Assembly (NCBI GenBank): GCA_903908245.1
Contig: CAIVRE010000009.1
Location: forward strand, 677-64,676
Length of the DNA: 64,000 nt
Direction of reading: 5' to 3'
Source: Candidatus Omnitrophota bacterium
Lineage (GTDB): Bacteria; Omnitrophota; Gorgyraeia; Zapsychrales; Fredricksoniimonadaceae
A program made the translations under genes and the position numbers. This document shows positions 55,832-64,000 of the stretch, piece after piece; position 1 is the stretch's first letter, and every line of letters starts with the position of its first letter. The notes below the pieces were generated by a model. The model saw nothing but the letters and a program-made list of their open reading frames with translations. It did not search any database and was not told where the DNA came from.

Positions 55832-56362
55832 TTATTGCCACTTATTCCAGAACAAACGGGCAGGATCAAATTTGTCACGCGGTTTATCTTCGCCTGTCGG
55901 GCAGCCGACAGCAATAACAGCCAAAGGAATAACTTTATCCGGCATGCCAAGAGCCTGTTTTACAAAAGCGACCCTTTCCGGACGGGGATGCGCTGCGGTC
56001 CAGCAGGCGCCAAGCCCCAGCGACTGGGCCGCCAGCAGGATATTCTGCACAGCCGCTGAACAATCCTGCACCCAATAATCAACATCTGTGCCCCCATGCG
56101 CCTGATCCATATCGCTGGCGACAACAATGGCATGCTTCGCTGTCAAGATCATCTTGGCATACGGCAAACCTTCCACCAGCCCATTCAAGATGCTCTCATC
56201 ATCAATAACAATAAAATACCAATGACGGGTATCACGTGACGAGGGAGCGGCCATCCCCGCGCGGACCAGGGTCTCAAGATCTTGACGGGATACCGGCCGC
56301 CCGGTATAGCGGCGGATACTACGACGATTCGCAATAGTTTCAAGAACAGGATTAACTGCCAT
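55832..56362 (-). CDS. Nitroreductase family protein
   Basis: IANRRSIRRYTGRPV N-terminus; 176 aa. Confidence 0.85.
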   Translation of the reverse strand: MAVNPVLETIANRRSIRRYTGRPVSRQDLETLVRAGMAAPSSRDTRHWYFIVIDDESILNGLVEGLPYAKMILTAKHAIVVASDMDQAHGGTDVDYWVQDCSAAVQNILLAAQSLGLGACWTAAHPRPERVAFVKQALGMPDKVIPLAVIAVGCPTGEDKPRDKFDPARLFWNKWQ

Positions 56363-56373
56363 AAAAACTCCGT

Positions 56374-58455
56374 TTAAAGGATGATCCGGGCATCAACGGC
56401 AAAAGAACCGTCTTTATTCGTGATCAACGGGTTAATATCCACTTCTTTCACGTGCGCAGCGATCTTTTGAATGGCCATCAAGGTCTTGATGATCGATTCT
56501 TTATGCGCGCCTTGACCACGGTAACCATCCAGAAGTTTCTTGGCCTTGATCTCACCCACCAAACGCTGAGCCTCATTCTCATTGAAAGGGACAATACGGA
56601 ACGACACATCCTTGAGTACCTCAACAAAAATACCGCCAAGGCCGAACATGACAGCCGGGCCGAACTGCGGGTCTTTATTCATCCCCACGATGCACTGAAG
56701 GCCGTCGACCATCTGACAAAGGTTCACACCCAGAAGATCCGCCTTGGGGGCATTCCTCCTGACCGTCTCCATCATCAGCGCGAACTTGGCTTTAAGTTCC
56801 TCCGCATTCTTGATGTTAAGGATAACGCCACCCACATCCGACTTATGGATAATATCAACCGACGCGATCTTCATGGCGATCGGGTACATCTTCTTTGCTT
56901 CAGCCTCTTTCACCGCTTCTTCCGCCGTCGTGGCAAAACCCCACTTGGGCATCGGAACGCCGCAGATCTCAAGGACCTTGCGGGATTCATGCTCGAGCAG
57001 GAACGTGCGCCCTTCCTTGCGGATAGACTCAATGATCGCAAGCGCAGCCGCCGGGATCTCGGGGACCTGCGCTTTCTCCTTTGAACGCAAAGAAATTTCC
57101 TGCCAGGTATAAAGGGCTTTCAAGCCCGCCACGGCTTCGCGCACCTCGGTCATGGCGGGGATCTGCGCTTCATGAAAAACCTGGATGGCCTCACGCGAAC
57201 GTTCACCGCCAACGATCGCCACCACCAAGGGCTTGTTGCGGCCGCCGGCATCATATTCTTCCACGATCGCCTTGGCCACCTGCACCGGGTCCGTGACCGC
57301 AGTCTCGCAGTAAAGAACGATCAACGACTTGACCTTGTCTTCCGCCAGCGCGATCCTGACCGCCTTGCGATAACTTTCACAACCGCCGCCGCCCGTCACA
57401 TCAATGGGATTCTTTGTGCTTCCGAACTCGGGCATGGTCTGACGGAATTTTGCTTCCAACCACACAGGGTCTTCCAAGAGCTTGATGCCAAAGACCTCAC
57501 ATTCGTCGGTAGCGCTCACGCCAATACCACCGCCGTTCGTAATGATCAGCGAATCCTCACCCTTGGGCATAGGCTGTGAAAGCGTACACGCCGCGCCGAA
57601 CGCCTCGGTAAAGGTCCGGCAGCGCATCATGCCAAGCTGATTGAACACCGCTGAATAGATCTTGTCGGAACCCGACAATGAACCCGTATGGGATGCCGCC
57701 GCCTGCGCACCGCGCGAAGATGAACCGGACTTCAGGATCACGACAGGCTTTCTGATCTCCGTCGACAGGAACTTGCGCCCGTCCTTGATACCTTCCATAT
57801 AGATCAGGATCACTTTTACATGCGGGTCATCATTAAAATACTCAATGAGCTCTTTCTCCCCGATATCCGCCTTGTTCCCCAGGCTGACAACCGCCGCAAG
57901 GCCGATCTTCTCCATCATCGTCCAACCCATGAGCGAGATCGCCATGGCGCCGCTCTGCGAAACAAACGCGATCGTACCCGGCAAAACCTCTGTCGGGCCG
58001 AAAGACGCGTTCAATTTCGCCGGAGAATAAACGAACCCGAACGTATTGGGCCCCAGCATCGCGATATTATGCTTGTCCGCAATATCTTTTAACACCTGCT
58101 CTTCCTTGACCTTGCCGATCTCGGAGAATCCGGAAGTAATAATAACCGTCCCCTTCACATTCTTCTGTACACACTCCTTGAGAATGCCCTCGACCAGGGG
58201 AGCCGGAACCGCGATCACCGCAAAATCAATATCACCGGGAACATCCAGCAATGACGGAAAACACGGCAGGCCAAGAAGCTCGGTCGCCTTTCTGTTAACA
58301 GGATAGATCTTTCCCTTATAGCCGTTCTGGATCACATTGTTCAATATCTGATACCCGACCTTGCCCGGTTCAGATGACGCGCCGACAATGGCAACGCTTT
58401 TCGGATTAAAGACCTTCTCCAAATTCTGGATCTTTTGCGGAATATCCCCTGCCAT
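56374..58455 (-). CDS. Acetyl-CoA synthetase (ADP-forming) / NDP-forming acyl-CoA synthetase, fused alpha-beta
   Basis: 693 aa; CoA-binding N-domain (SVAIVGAS..GK), succinyl-CoA-synthetase-like ligase domain, C-terminal ATP-grasp. Confidence 0.85.
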   Translation of the reverse strand: MAGDIPQKIQNLEKVFNPKSVAIVGASSEPGKVGYQILNNVIQNGYKGKIYPVNRKATELLGLPCFPSLLDVPGDIDFAVIAVPAPLVEGILKECVQKNVKGTVIITSGFSEIGKVKEEQVLKDIADKHNIAMLGPNTFGFVYSPAKLNASFGPTEVLPGTIAFVSQSGAMAISLMGWTMMEKIGLAAVVSLGNKADIGEKELIEYFNDDPHVKVILIYMEGIKDGRKFLSTEIRKPVVILKSGSSSRGAQAAASHTGSLSGSDKIYSAVFNQLGMMRCRTFTEAFGAACTLSQPMPKGEDSLIITNGGGIGVSATDECEVFGIKLLEDPVWLEAKFRQTMPEFGSTKNPIDVTGGGGCESYRKAVRIALAEDKVKSLIVLYCETAVTDPVQVAKAIVEEYDAGGRNKPLVVAIVGGERSREAIQVFHEAQIPAMTEVREAVAGLKALYTWQEISLRSKEKAQVPEIPAAALAIIESIRKEGRTFLLEHESRKVLEICGVPMPKWGFATTAEEAVKEAEAKKMYPIAMKIASVDIIHKSDVGGVILNIKNAEELKAKFALMMETVRRNAPKADLLGVNLCQMVDGLQCIVGMNKDPQFGPAVMFGLGGIFVEVLKDVSFRIVPFNENEAQRLVGEIKAKKLLDGYRGQGAHKESIIKTLMAIQKIAAHVKEVDINPLITNKDGSFAVDARIIL

Positions 58456-58487
58456 AAAAACCTGCTTTCATTATTTTATATTCAATC

Positions 58488-58523
58488 AAAAAATACCATA
58501 GGGGAGGGTTTGGGACCCTCCCC
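58488..58523 (-). terminator. Putative intrinsic terminator downstream of PFOR
   Basis: ggggagggt-ttggg-accctcccc hairpin (58501-58523); on the minus strand it is followed by uaugguauuuuuug. Confidence 0.5.
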
Positions 58524-58530
58524 TACATTA

Positions 58531-61500
58531 TTACGGTTGAACCGTTTTTACGACCGCTGCTGCCTGAGCCGCCAGTGTTTCATAGATCGCCCATTTACGG
58601 TCAATATCCTCCTGGCCAAGCTTAATAAGCCGCTCGGCTTCCGCAGGATTTGACTTCTGAAGGACCTTGAACCGCTGCTGGCGGTTGGCTTCCTCACTGA
58701 ACTTGACCTTCGGAGCCGCAGAATCCAGCGTAAGCGGATTCTTGCCTTCATTAATGAGGGACGGATTATAACGGAATAACGGCCAATGACCCGTCTCAAC
58801 CGCCATCTTCTGTTCCGTCAACCCGCCCGCCATGTTGATACCATGGGCGATACAATGACTGTAGGCAATGATCAACGACGCACCCGGATACTTCTCGGCT
58901 TCCATGAACGCCTTGACCGTGTGCTCATCTTTAGCGCCGACCGCAACCGTCGCCACATACACATGGCCATAGGTCATAATAATGCGCGCAAGGTCTTTCT
59001 TGGGGAGGGTCTTTCCGCCCGCCGCAAACTTCGCCACCGCGCCGCGAGGCGTAGACTTGGAAGCCTGCCCTCCGGTATTTGAATAGACCTCGGTATCCAG
59101 CACAAGGACATTCACGTTACGGCCCTGCGCCAGCACATGATCAAGCCCGCCGAAACCGATATCATAGGCCCAGCCATCGCCGCCGAAGATCCAGACGCTC
59201 TTTTGAGCCAGATAATCCACCAGCGACAACAAATGCTTCGCATCCGAACTGCTGTTACCCTTGAGTTTAGCCTTAAGGATCGCGATACGCTTGCGCTGTT
59301 CAACGATCCCCGCCTCCTCGCTCTGATCCGCCCCGAGAAGCGCACTGACCAGATCAGCGCCGATCTGTCCTTCCATCTTTTTAAGAAGTTCGGAAGCATT
59401 CTCGGCTTTCTTGTCGATCGCCAGACGGAACCCAAGCCCGAATTCGGCATTGTCCTCGAACAAGGAATTCGACCAGGCCGGGCCATGCCCTGCCAGGTTC
59501 TTGGTATAAGGCGTAGTCGGAAGGTTCCCGCCGTAGATCGATGTGCATCCCGTCGCATTCGCAATGACCGCACGGTCGCCGAAAAGCTGGGTGACCAGTT
59601 TAATATACGGTGTTTCACCGCAACCGGCACAGGCGCCGGAGAACTCGAACAACGGCTGCAGGAACTGCACGCCGCGCACTGTGTTCTGCTTGACCTTCGT
59701 ACGATCCACCTCGGGAAGGGCAAAGAAGAAATCCCAATTCCTTGCTTCCTGTTCACGAATAGGCAGGATCGGCGTCATATTGATCGCTTTTTTCGTCGGA
59801 TCCTTTTTGCTCTTTGCAGGGCACGCGGAAACACAAACACCGCACCCTGTGCAATCTTCCGCGGCGATCTGGATACGGAACTGCTGCCCGGCGAATTCCT
59901 TATCCTTCGCACCGACAGTAATAAACGACGCGGGAGCGCCTTTCAGGTTTGCCGGATCAATGACTTTACTGCGGATAACCGCATGCGGGCAAACAAGCAC
60001 GCACTTGCCGCACTGAATACACGTCTCGGAATCCCAGGCAGGACATTCCAGCGCAATACAGCGCTTTTCATACATCGTCGTCCCCGTCGGAAATGTGCCA
60101 TCAACGGGCATTTTACTGACCGGCAACTTGTCGCCGCGGCCGGCAATGATCTCGGAGGTGACCGTCTTCACGAATTCGGTCGGCATTCCGGAAACAGGCG
60201 ACTTCAATTCGATCTTGCTGGAAACAGCCGCCGGCACCTTCACTTCGTGCAAATTGGCAATGGTCGTGTCGACCGCCTTGAAATTCTGGGCAACAACATC
60301 CGCCCCCTTCTTGCCATACGCCTTTTCGATCGACTTCTTGATCTGGGCAATGGCCTCCTCTTTCGGCAGGACGCCGGAGATATAAAAGAAACTGGTCTGC
60401 ATGATCGTATTGATCCTGCCGCCCATGCCGGTCTCATTAGCGACCGCGTAAGCGTCAATAACAAAGAACTTGAGCTTCTTTTCAATAATATGCTGCTGGG
60501 TCAAACGGGTCAGGTTATCCCAAACCTTGTCCGCGGCGAACTGGCTGTTAAGCAGAAAGACCGCGCCTTCCGCCGCATCCTTAAGGACATCATACCTCTC
60601 CAGGAAAACGAACTGATGGCAACCGATAAAATTCGCCTTACCGATCAGGTACGGAGCGTGGATCGGGTTTGGCCCGAACCGCAAATGCGAAAAGGTCATT
60701 GACCCTGACTTTTTGGAATCATAAACAAAATAACCCTGGCCGTAATTCGGGGTATTCTCGCTGATGATCTTGATGGTCGCCTTGTTCGCGCCGACCGTTC
60801 CATCCGCCCCAAGACCGTAGAACAGACAGCACACGCTCTTGGGGTCCTCAACGATAAAAGATTCATCCACTTCCAGGCTGGTATGGGAAACGTCATCATT
60901 AATGCCCACCGTGAAATGATTCTTCGGGGCAGGCTTCTTCATCTCGTCAAAAACCGCCTTGACCATCGCCGGCGTAAACTCCTTGGACGAGAGGCCATAG
61001 CGCCCGCACACCACCTTGGGAACAGACTTGAGCAGGCCTTCCTGCTGAGCCTCGAACAGGGCATTGACAACATCCTGATACAAAGGCTCGCCAATGGAAC
61101 CAGGTTCTTTCGTACGGTCCAGGACAGACAGGTACTTAAGCGTCTTGGGCAGGGCTGCAACAAAATGCTTAACAGAGAACGGACGGTACAGGCGGACCTT
61201 GATCACACCGACCTTTTCGCCTTTTTTAACCAGAGCATCGATCGTGGTCTGAACGGTCTCGATCCCGGAGCCCATTACGACAATAACGCGCTCGGCATCC
61301 GCCGGGCCATAATAATCAAACAGGTTATACTGACGGCCAACCAGCTTGGCGAACTTGTTCATGATGTCCTGGACGATCCCGGGGCACTTGGAATAAAAGG
61401 GATTCACGGTCTCGCGGCCCTGGAAATACACATCCGGGTTCTGGGCCGTACCGCGCATCACCGGAAGATCAGGCGTAAGCGCGCGATTGCGGTGCGCGAT

Positions 61501-62100
61501 CACCAGGTCATCGGTAATAAAAGCCTTGATATCATTCTCATCAAGCATCTCGATCTTGGCAACTTCGTGGGATGTACGAAAACCATCGAAGAAATGCAGG
61601 AACGGGATACGGCTTTCCAGGGTCGCAGCATGCGCGATCAGGGAAAGGTCCATCACTTCCTGGACACTGCCGGATGCCAGCATCGCGAAACCGGTCTGAC
61701 GGGCCGCATAAATATCCGAATGATCGCCGAAAATAGACAACGCCTGAACCGCCAGCGAGCGAGCCGATACATGGAACACCGTCGAAGTTAACTCGCCGGC
61801 GATCTTGTACATATTGGGGATCTTCAGCAGCAGCCCTTGAGAAGCGGTAAAAGTGGTGGTCATCGCCCCTGTCTGCAGCGCTCCATGGACAGTACCGGCG
61901 GCACCGCCCTCAGACTGCATTTCCTGGATCATGGGGATAGAACCCCAGATATTCTTGATACCCGCCGCCGCCCATTCATCCGCCAATTCCCCCATCGTGG
62001 ACGACGGAGTAATAGGATAGATCGCCGCCACATCCGAACAACGGTACGCGATGTACGCCGCGGCTTCATTACCATCAAGTGTATAGATCTTACGTGCCAT
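58531..62100 (-). CDS. nifJ: Pyruvate:ferredoxin (flavodoxin) oxidoreductase, single-chain
   Basis: 1189 aa; CIQCGKCVLVCPHAVIR / CTGCGVCVSACP ferredoxin motifs, GGDGWAYDIGFGGLDH TPP motif. Confidence 0.95.
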   Translation of the reverse strand: MARKIYTLDGNEAAAYIAYRCSDVAAIYPITPSSTMGELADEWAAAGIKNIWGSIPMIQEMQSEGGAAGTVHGALQTGAMTTTFTASQGLLLKIPNMYKIAGELTSTVFHVSARSLAVQALSIFGDHSDIYAARQTGFAMLASGSVQEVMDLSLIAHAATLESRIPFLHFFDGFRTSHEVAKIEMLDENDIKAFITDDLVIAHRNRALTPDLPVMRGTAQNPDVYFQGRETVNPFYSKCPGIVQDIMNKFAKLVGRQYNLFDYYGPADAERVIVVMGSGIETVQTTIDALVKKGEKVGVIKVRLYRPFSVKHFVAALPKTLKYLSVLDRTKEPGSIGEPLYQDVVNALFEAQQEGLLKSVPKVVCGRYGLSSKEFTPAMVKAVFDEMKKPAPKNHFTVGINDDVSHTSLEVDESFIVEDPKSVCCLFYGLGADGTVGANKATIKIISENTPNYGQGYFVYDSKKSGSMTFSHLRFGPNPIHAPYLIGKANFIGCHQFVFLERYDVLKDAAEGAVFLLNSQFAADKVWDNLTRLTQQHIIEKKLKFFVIDAYAVANETGMGGRINTIMQTSFFYISGVLPKEEAIAQIKKSIEKAYGKKGADVVAQNFKAVDTTIANLHEVKVPAAVSSKIELKSPVSGMPTEFVKTVTSEIIAGRGDKLPVSKMPVDGTFPTGTTMYEKRCIALECPAWDSETCIQCGKCVLVCPHAVIRSKVIDPANLKGAPASFITVGAKDKEFAGQQFRIQIAAEDCTGCGVCVSACPAKSKKDPTKKAINMTPILPIREQEARNWDFFFALPEVDRTKVKQNTVRGVQFLQPLFEFSGACAGCGETPYIKLVTQLFGDRAVIANATGCTSIYGGNLPTTPYTKNLAGHGPAWSNSLFEDNAEFGLGFRLAIDKKAENASELLKKMEGQIGADLVSALLGADQSEEAGIVEQRKRIAILKAKLKGNSSSDAKHLLSLVDYLAQKSVWIFGGDGWAYDIGFGGLDHVLAQGRNVNVLVLDTEVYSNTGGQASKSTPRGAVAKFAAGGKTLPKKDLARIIMTYGHVYVATVAVGAKDEHTVKAFMEAEKYPGASLIIAYSHCIAHGINMAGGLTEQKMAVETGHWPLFRYNPSLINEGKNPLTLDSAAPKVKFSEEANRQQRFKVLQKSNPAEAERLIKLGQEDIDRKWAIYETLAAQAAAVVKTVQP

Positions 62101-62165
62101 AATCCCATCCCTCTTTCTTTATGCTTTCCCGAAGCATTAATTGTTAAACAAGCCATTAAACATGA

Positions 62166-62193
62166 ACGCCCTGCGTTTTCGCAGGGCGTTTTT
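62166..62193 (+). terminator. Stable hairpin with T-tract in the HD-GYP/PFOR intergenic region (orientation ambiguous)
   Basis: acgccctgc-gttttc-gcagggcgt followed by tttt on the plus strand; flanking genes are on the minus strand, where the U-tract is weak. Confidence 0.4.
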
Positions 62194-62350
62194 CAAACAC
62201 AAGACATTAATTCACTGTCCCAAATAGACTTAACAAGAAGACAACTTTTTACGCTTGCAGACTCCATATCTGACACCGGAATTTTCCTGCTGGAAGAATT
62301 TAAATGTTGTAAACAATATACACACAATTAAAAGCCTGTAAACACTTTTT

Positions 62351-63811
62351 TCAGCTCTTGTTGGGAGGGCAAACGATCTTTTCGAGGGAATCAACGATCT
62401 TCTGATCGATCTTGTCTTTCATATCCCGAAGGGTCCTCATAGCCTCTGAATAAGGCAGGGCCTTGCGGTACGGACGGTCGGATGTCAGCGCATCATAGAT
62501 ATCCGCAATGGCAAGGATCCGGACCGGAAGGGTTATCTGATCCCCTTTTAACCCGTCGGGATACCCCGTTCCGTCAAGTTTCTCGTGATGATGGCGCACC
62601 ATGTCGCACAAAGGCTGCAAGGACGATATGGGCCGAATGATCCCTTCCCCTATTTCCGGATGCCGTTTCATGATCAGCCATTCCTGGTCATTCAAAGGGG
62701 CCGGCTTGATCAGGATCTCATCCATGATCCCGATCTTGCCCACATCATGGATCCTGGCCGCGTCCCTGAGGTCCCCTACCTCTCCCGGTGGCAGCCCGAT
62801 ATACTGGGCTATGGAAACAGCATACTGGCCAACCCTGTCCAGATGTCCGCGCGAATAATCGTCTTTGGCCTCAACCGCCATCGCAAGAGCCGAAAGCGTT
62901 TCAAAATATGTTTTCCCGACATCCGCGCTCAATTTGGAGTTCTCGATCGCCACGGCTGTCTGTGTGGCAAGATTAAGCAAAAGCACCATTTCTTCTTCCT
63001 GGAACGGCGCCGTGACCTTACGGCCCGAAACAGCAATAACGCCCATCACTTCATTATGAAAGAGCAGGGGCGCGCAGATCACCGGGAATTCCAGGCCTTC
63101 CGCAGCCCGGTTCTCACCACCGGACAGATACTGGACTTTCGGGATAATAAGTGCCGTACGCGCAATGATCGCCGGAGCGAAAGGGCTCGTTTCCAGGGAA
63201 AACCATGTCTTGTCAAAAGACTCCATCGACGCGCCGAATACCGTCTTGACCGTCAGAGACTTCTTTTCCCTGTCGACCAAAAGCAGGAAACCCTGCTTGC
63301 CGGATAACGCCTCGGTTATTGTCTCAACAATAAGGTCAAGGAACGAATCAATGTTGCGGATATTCGAAATGCCATGCCCCACCCGGGTCAAAACCGACTG
63401 AAGCGTCTTCTTGGCGGTCTGAAGGCTGGCCACATTCTCCTCAAGGCGGGAAGTGATCTCACGGAAAGTACGCGTCAGGATCGCGATCTCGTTCTCATCC
63501 CCTTTAAGAAGGTCCTGGATCTTTTCCGTCCCCATGATCTCGCGCAGTTTCCCCGCGCTGGTCCTGGTAACATCCACCAGATTGATCAACAACGCCCGCA
63601 TAGCCCAATAACCGGTCGCGATCCCCACCACCACAAAAATAAGCACCGTATTAAGGTCATCAACAGACAGGCTTACCTGCCCGTCAACTTTCAACTGATA
63701 ATAAAGATACATCAGGATCGACAGCGGAAGCAGCGCCAGGACAATAAAGAAAACCTGGAACCTGACCACAACAGAGGAATTTTGAAGGGACTGCATCTGC
63801 ATGTTTTTCAT
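62351..63811 (-). CDS. HD-GYP domain phosphodiesterase with N-terminal TM/HAMP-like and GAF domains
   Basis: GHLDRVGQYA, IHDVGKIGIMDEIL, HHHEKLDGTGYPDGL motifs. Confidence 0.85.
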   Translation of the reverse strand: MKNMQMQSLQNSSVVVRFQVFFIVLALLPLSILMYLYYQLKVDGQVSLSVDDLNTVLIFVVVGIATGYWAMRALLINLVDVTRTSAGKLREIMGTEKIQDLLKGDENEIAILTRTFREITSRLEENVASLQTAKKTLQSVLTRVGHGISNIRNIDSFLDLIVETITEALSGKQGFLLLVDREKKSLTVKTVFGASMESFDKTWFSLETSPFAPAIIARTALIIPKVQYLSGGENRAAEGLEFPVICAPLLFHNEVMGVIAVSGRKVTAPFQEEEMVLLLNLATQTAVAIENSKLSADVGKTYFETLSALAMAVEAKDDYSRGHLDRVGQYAVSIAQYIGLPPGEVGDLRDAARIHDVGKIGIMDEILIKPAPLNDQEWLIMKRHPEIGEGIIRPISSLQPLCDMVRHHHEKLDGTGYPDGLKGDQITLPVRILAIADIYDALTSDRPYRKALPYSEAMRTLRDMKDKIDQKIVDSLEKIVCPPNKS

Positions 63812-63820
63812 AAGCTCACT

Positions 63821-64000
63821 CTAGAATAACAGTTTTATTCCCGTAACAAAGGATCTTGTGTTCCAGATGCCAGCGGACAGCCCTGTAAAGCACCCGGCGC
63901 TCAAGGTCCTGCCCTTCATCAATAAGGTCCTGCACGGAATGACGATGGTCGATCCGCACGGTATCCTGCTCAATAATAGGCCCCTGGTCAAGGTCCGCGA
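63821..64000 (-). CDS. 3' end of a gene entering from the right edge (...RAVRWHLEHKILCYGNKTVI*)
   Basis: Manual minus-strand translation: 59 open codons ending at TAG (revcomp of 63821-63823), 9 nt upstream of the HD-GYP start. Confidence 0.35.
   Translation of the reverse strand, partial: SRTLTRGLLLSRIPCGSTIVIPCRTLLMKGRTLSAGCFTGLSAGIWNTRSFVTGIKLLF

Noticed and set aside
59137-60702. 521-aa plus-strand ORF
   Set aside because: Antisense to the unmistakable PFOR gene; Arg/Leu-rich low-complexity translation
60883-61791. 302-aa plus-strand ORF
   Set aside because: Antisense to PFOR
1-64000. Search for CRISPR arrays, rRNA/tRNA genes, transposases and integrases
   Set aside because: No direct-repeat/spacer periodicity, no tRNA-like cloverleaf candidates in the few intergenic regions over 100 nt, and no transposase or integrase-like ORFs; the window looks like core chromosome plus the giant-gene family

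Overview
64 kb chromosomal segment from an apparently uncultivated Gram-negative anaerobe. LpxB, OM porin/FadL-like barrels, pyruvate:ferredoxin oxidoreductase, ADP-forming acetyl-CoA synthetase, a complete Bat (aerotolerance) operon and a nitroreductase support this. GC is roughly 50-55 percent. About 50 genes are present and nearly all lie on the minus strand. The housekeeping backbone is: pstS plus a porin at the left edge; ndh; lpxB; an MFS transporter; gpx; ppk2; an 11 kb moxR-DUF58-batABCDE operon that runs on through an IMPase, YhcH, PPK2 and an S4 protein to a strong terminator; an HD-GYP/response-regulator/histidine-kinase module; fadL-like; the classic yceD-rpmF-plsX-fabH-fabD cluster; coaD-rsmD-pyk-recG; an M48 peptidase; lemA; and ACS(ADP)-PFOR. 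The standout is four dispersed paralogous giant genes (3222, 795, 1077 and 1563 aa; about 19.6 kb, roughly 30 percent of the window). Each has a signal peptide, a strongly conserved N-terminal module of about 320 aa and a conserved C-terminal module of about 65 aa, neither of which I can assign to a known family. These flank unrelated cargo regions: tandem HlyD-like adaptor modules fused to a TolC-like module; a protein-kinase-fold domain; a HELLHxxQQ zincin-like motif; and a GNAT-like motif. The architecture resembles a polymorphic effector or docking-module system and is the best candidate for a previously undescribed system. No rRNA, tRNA, CRISPR or obvious transposase was seen.
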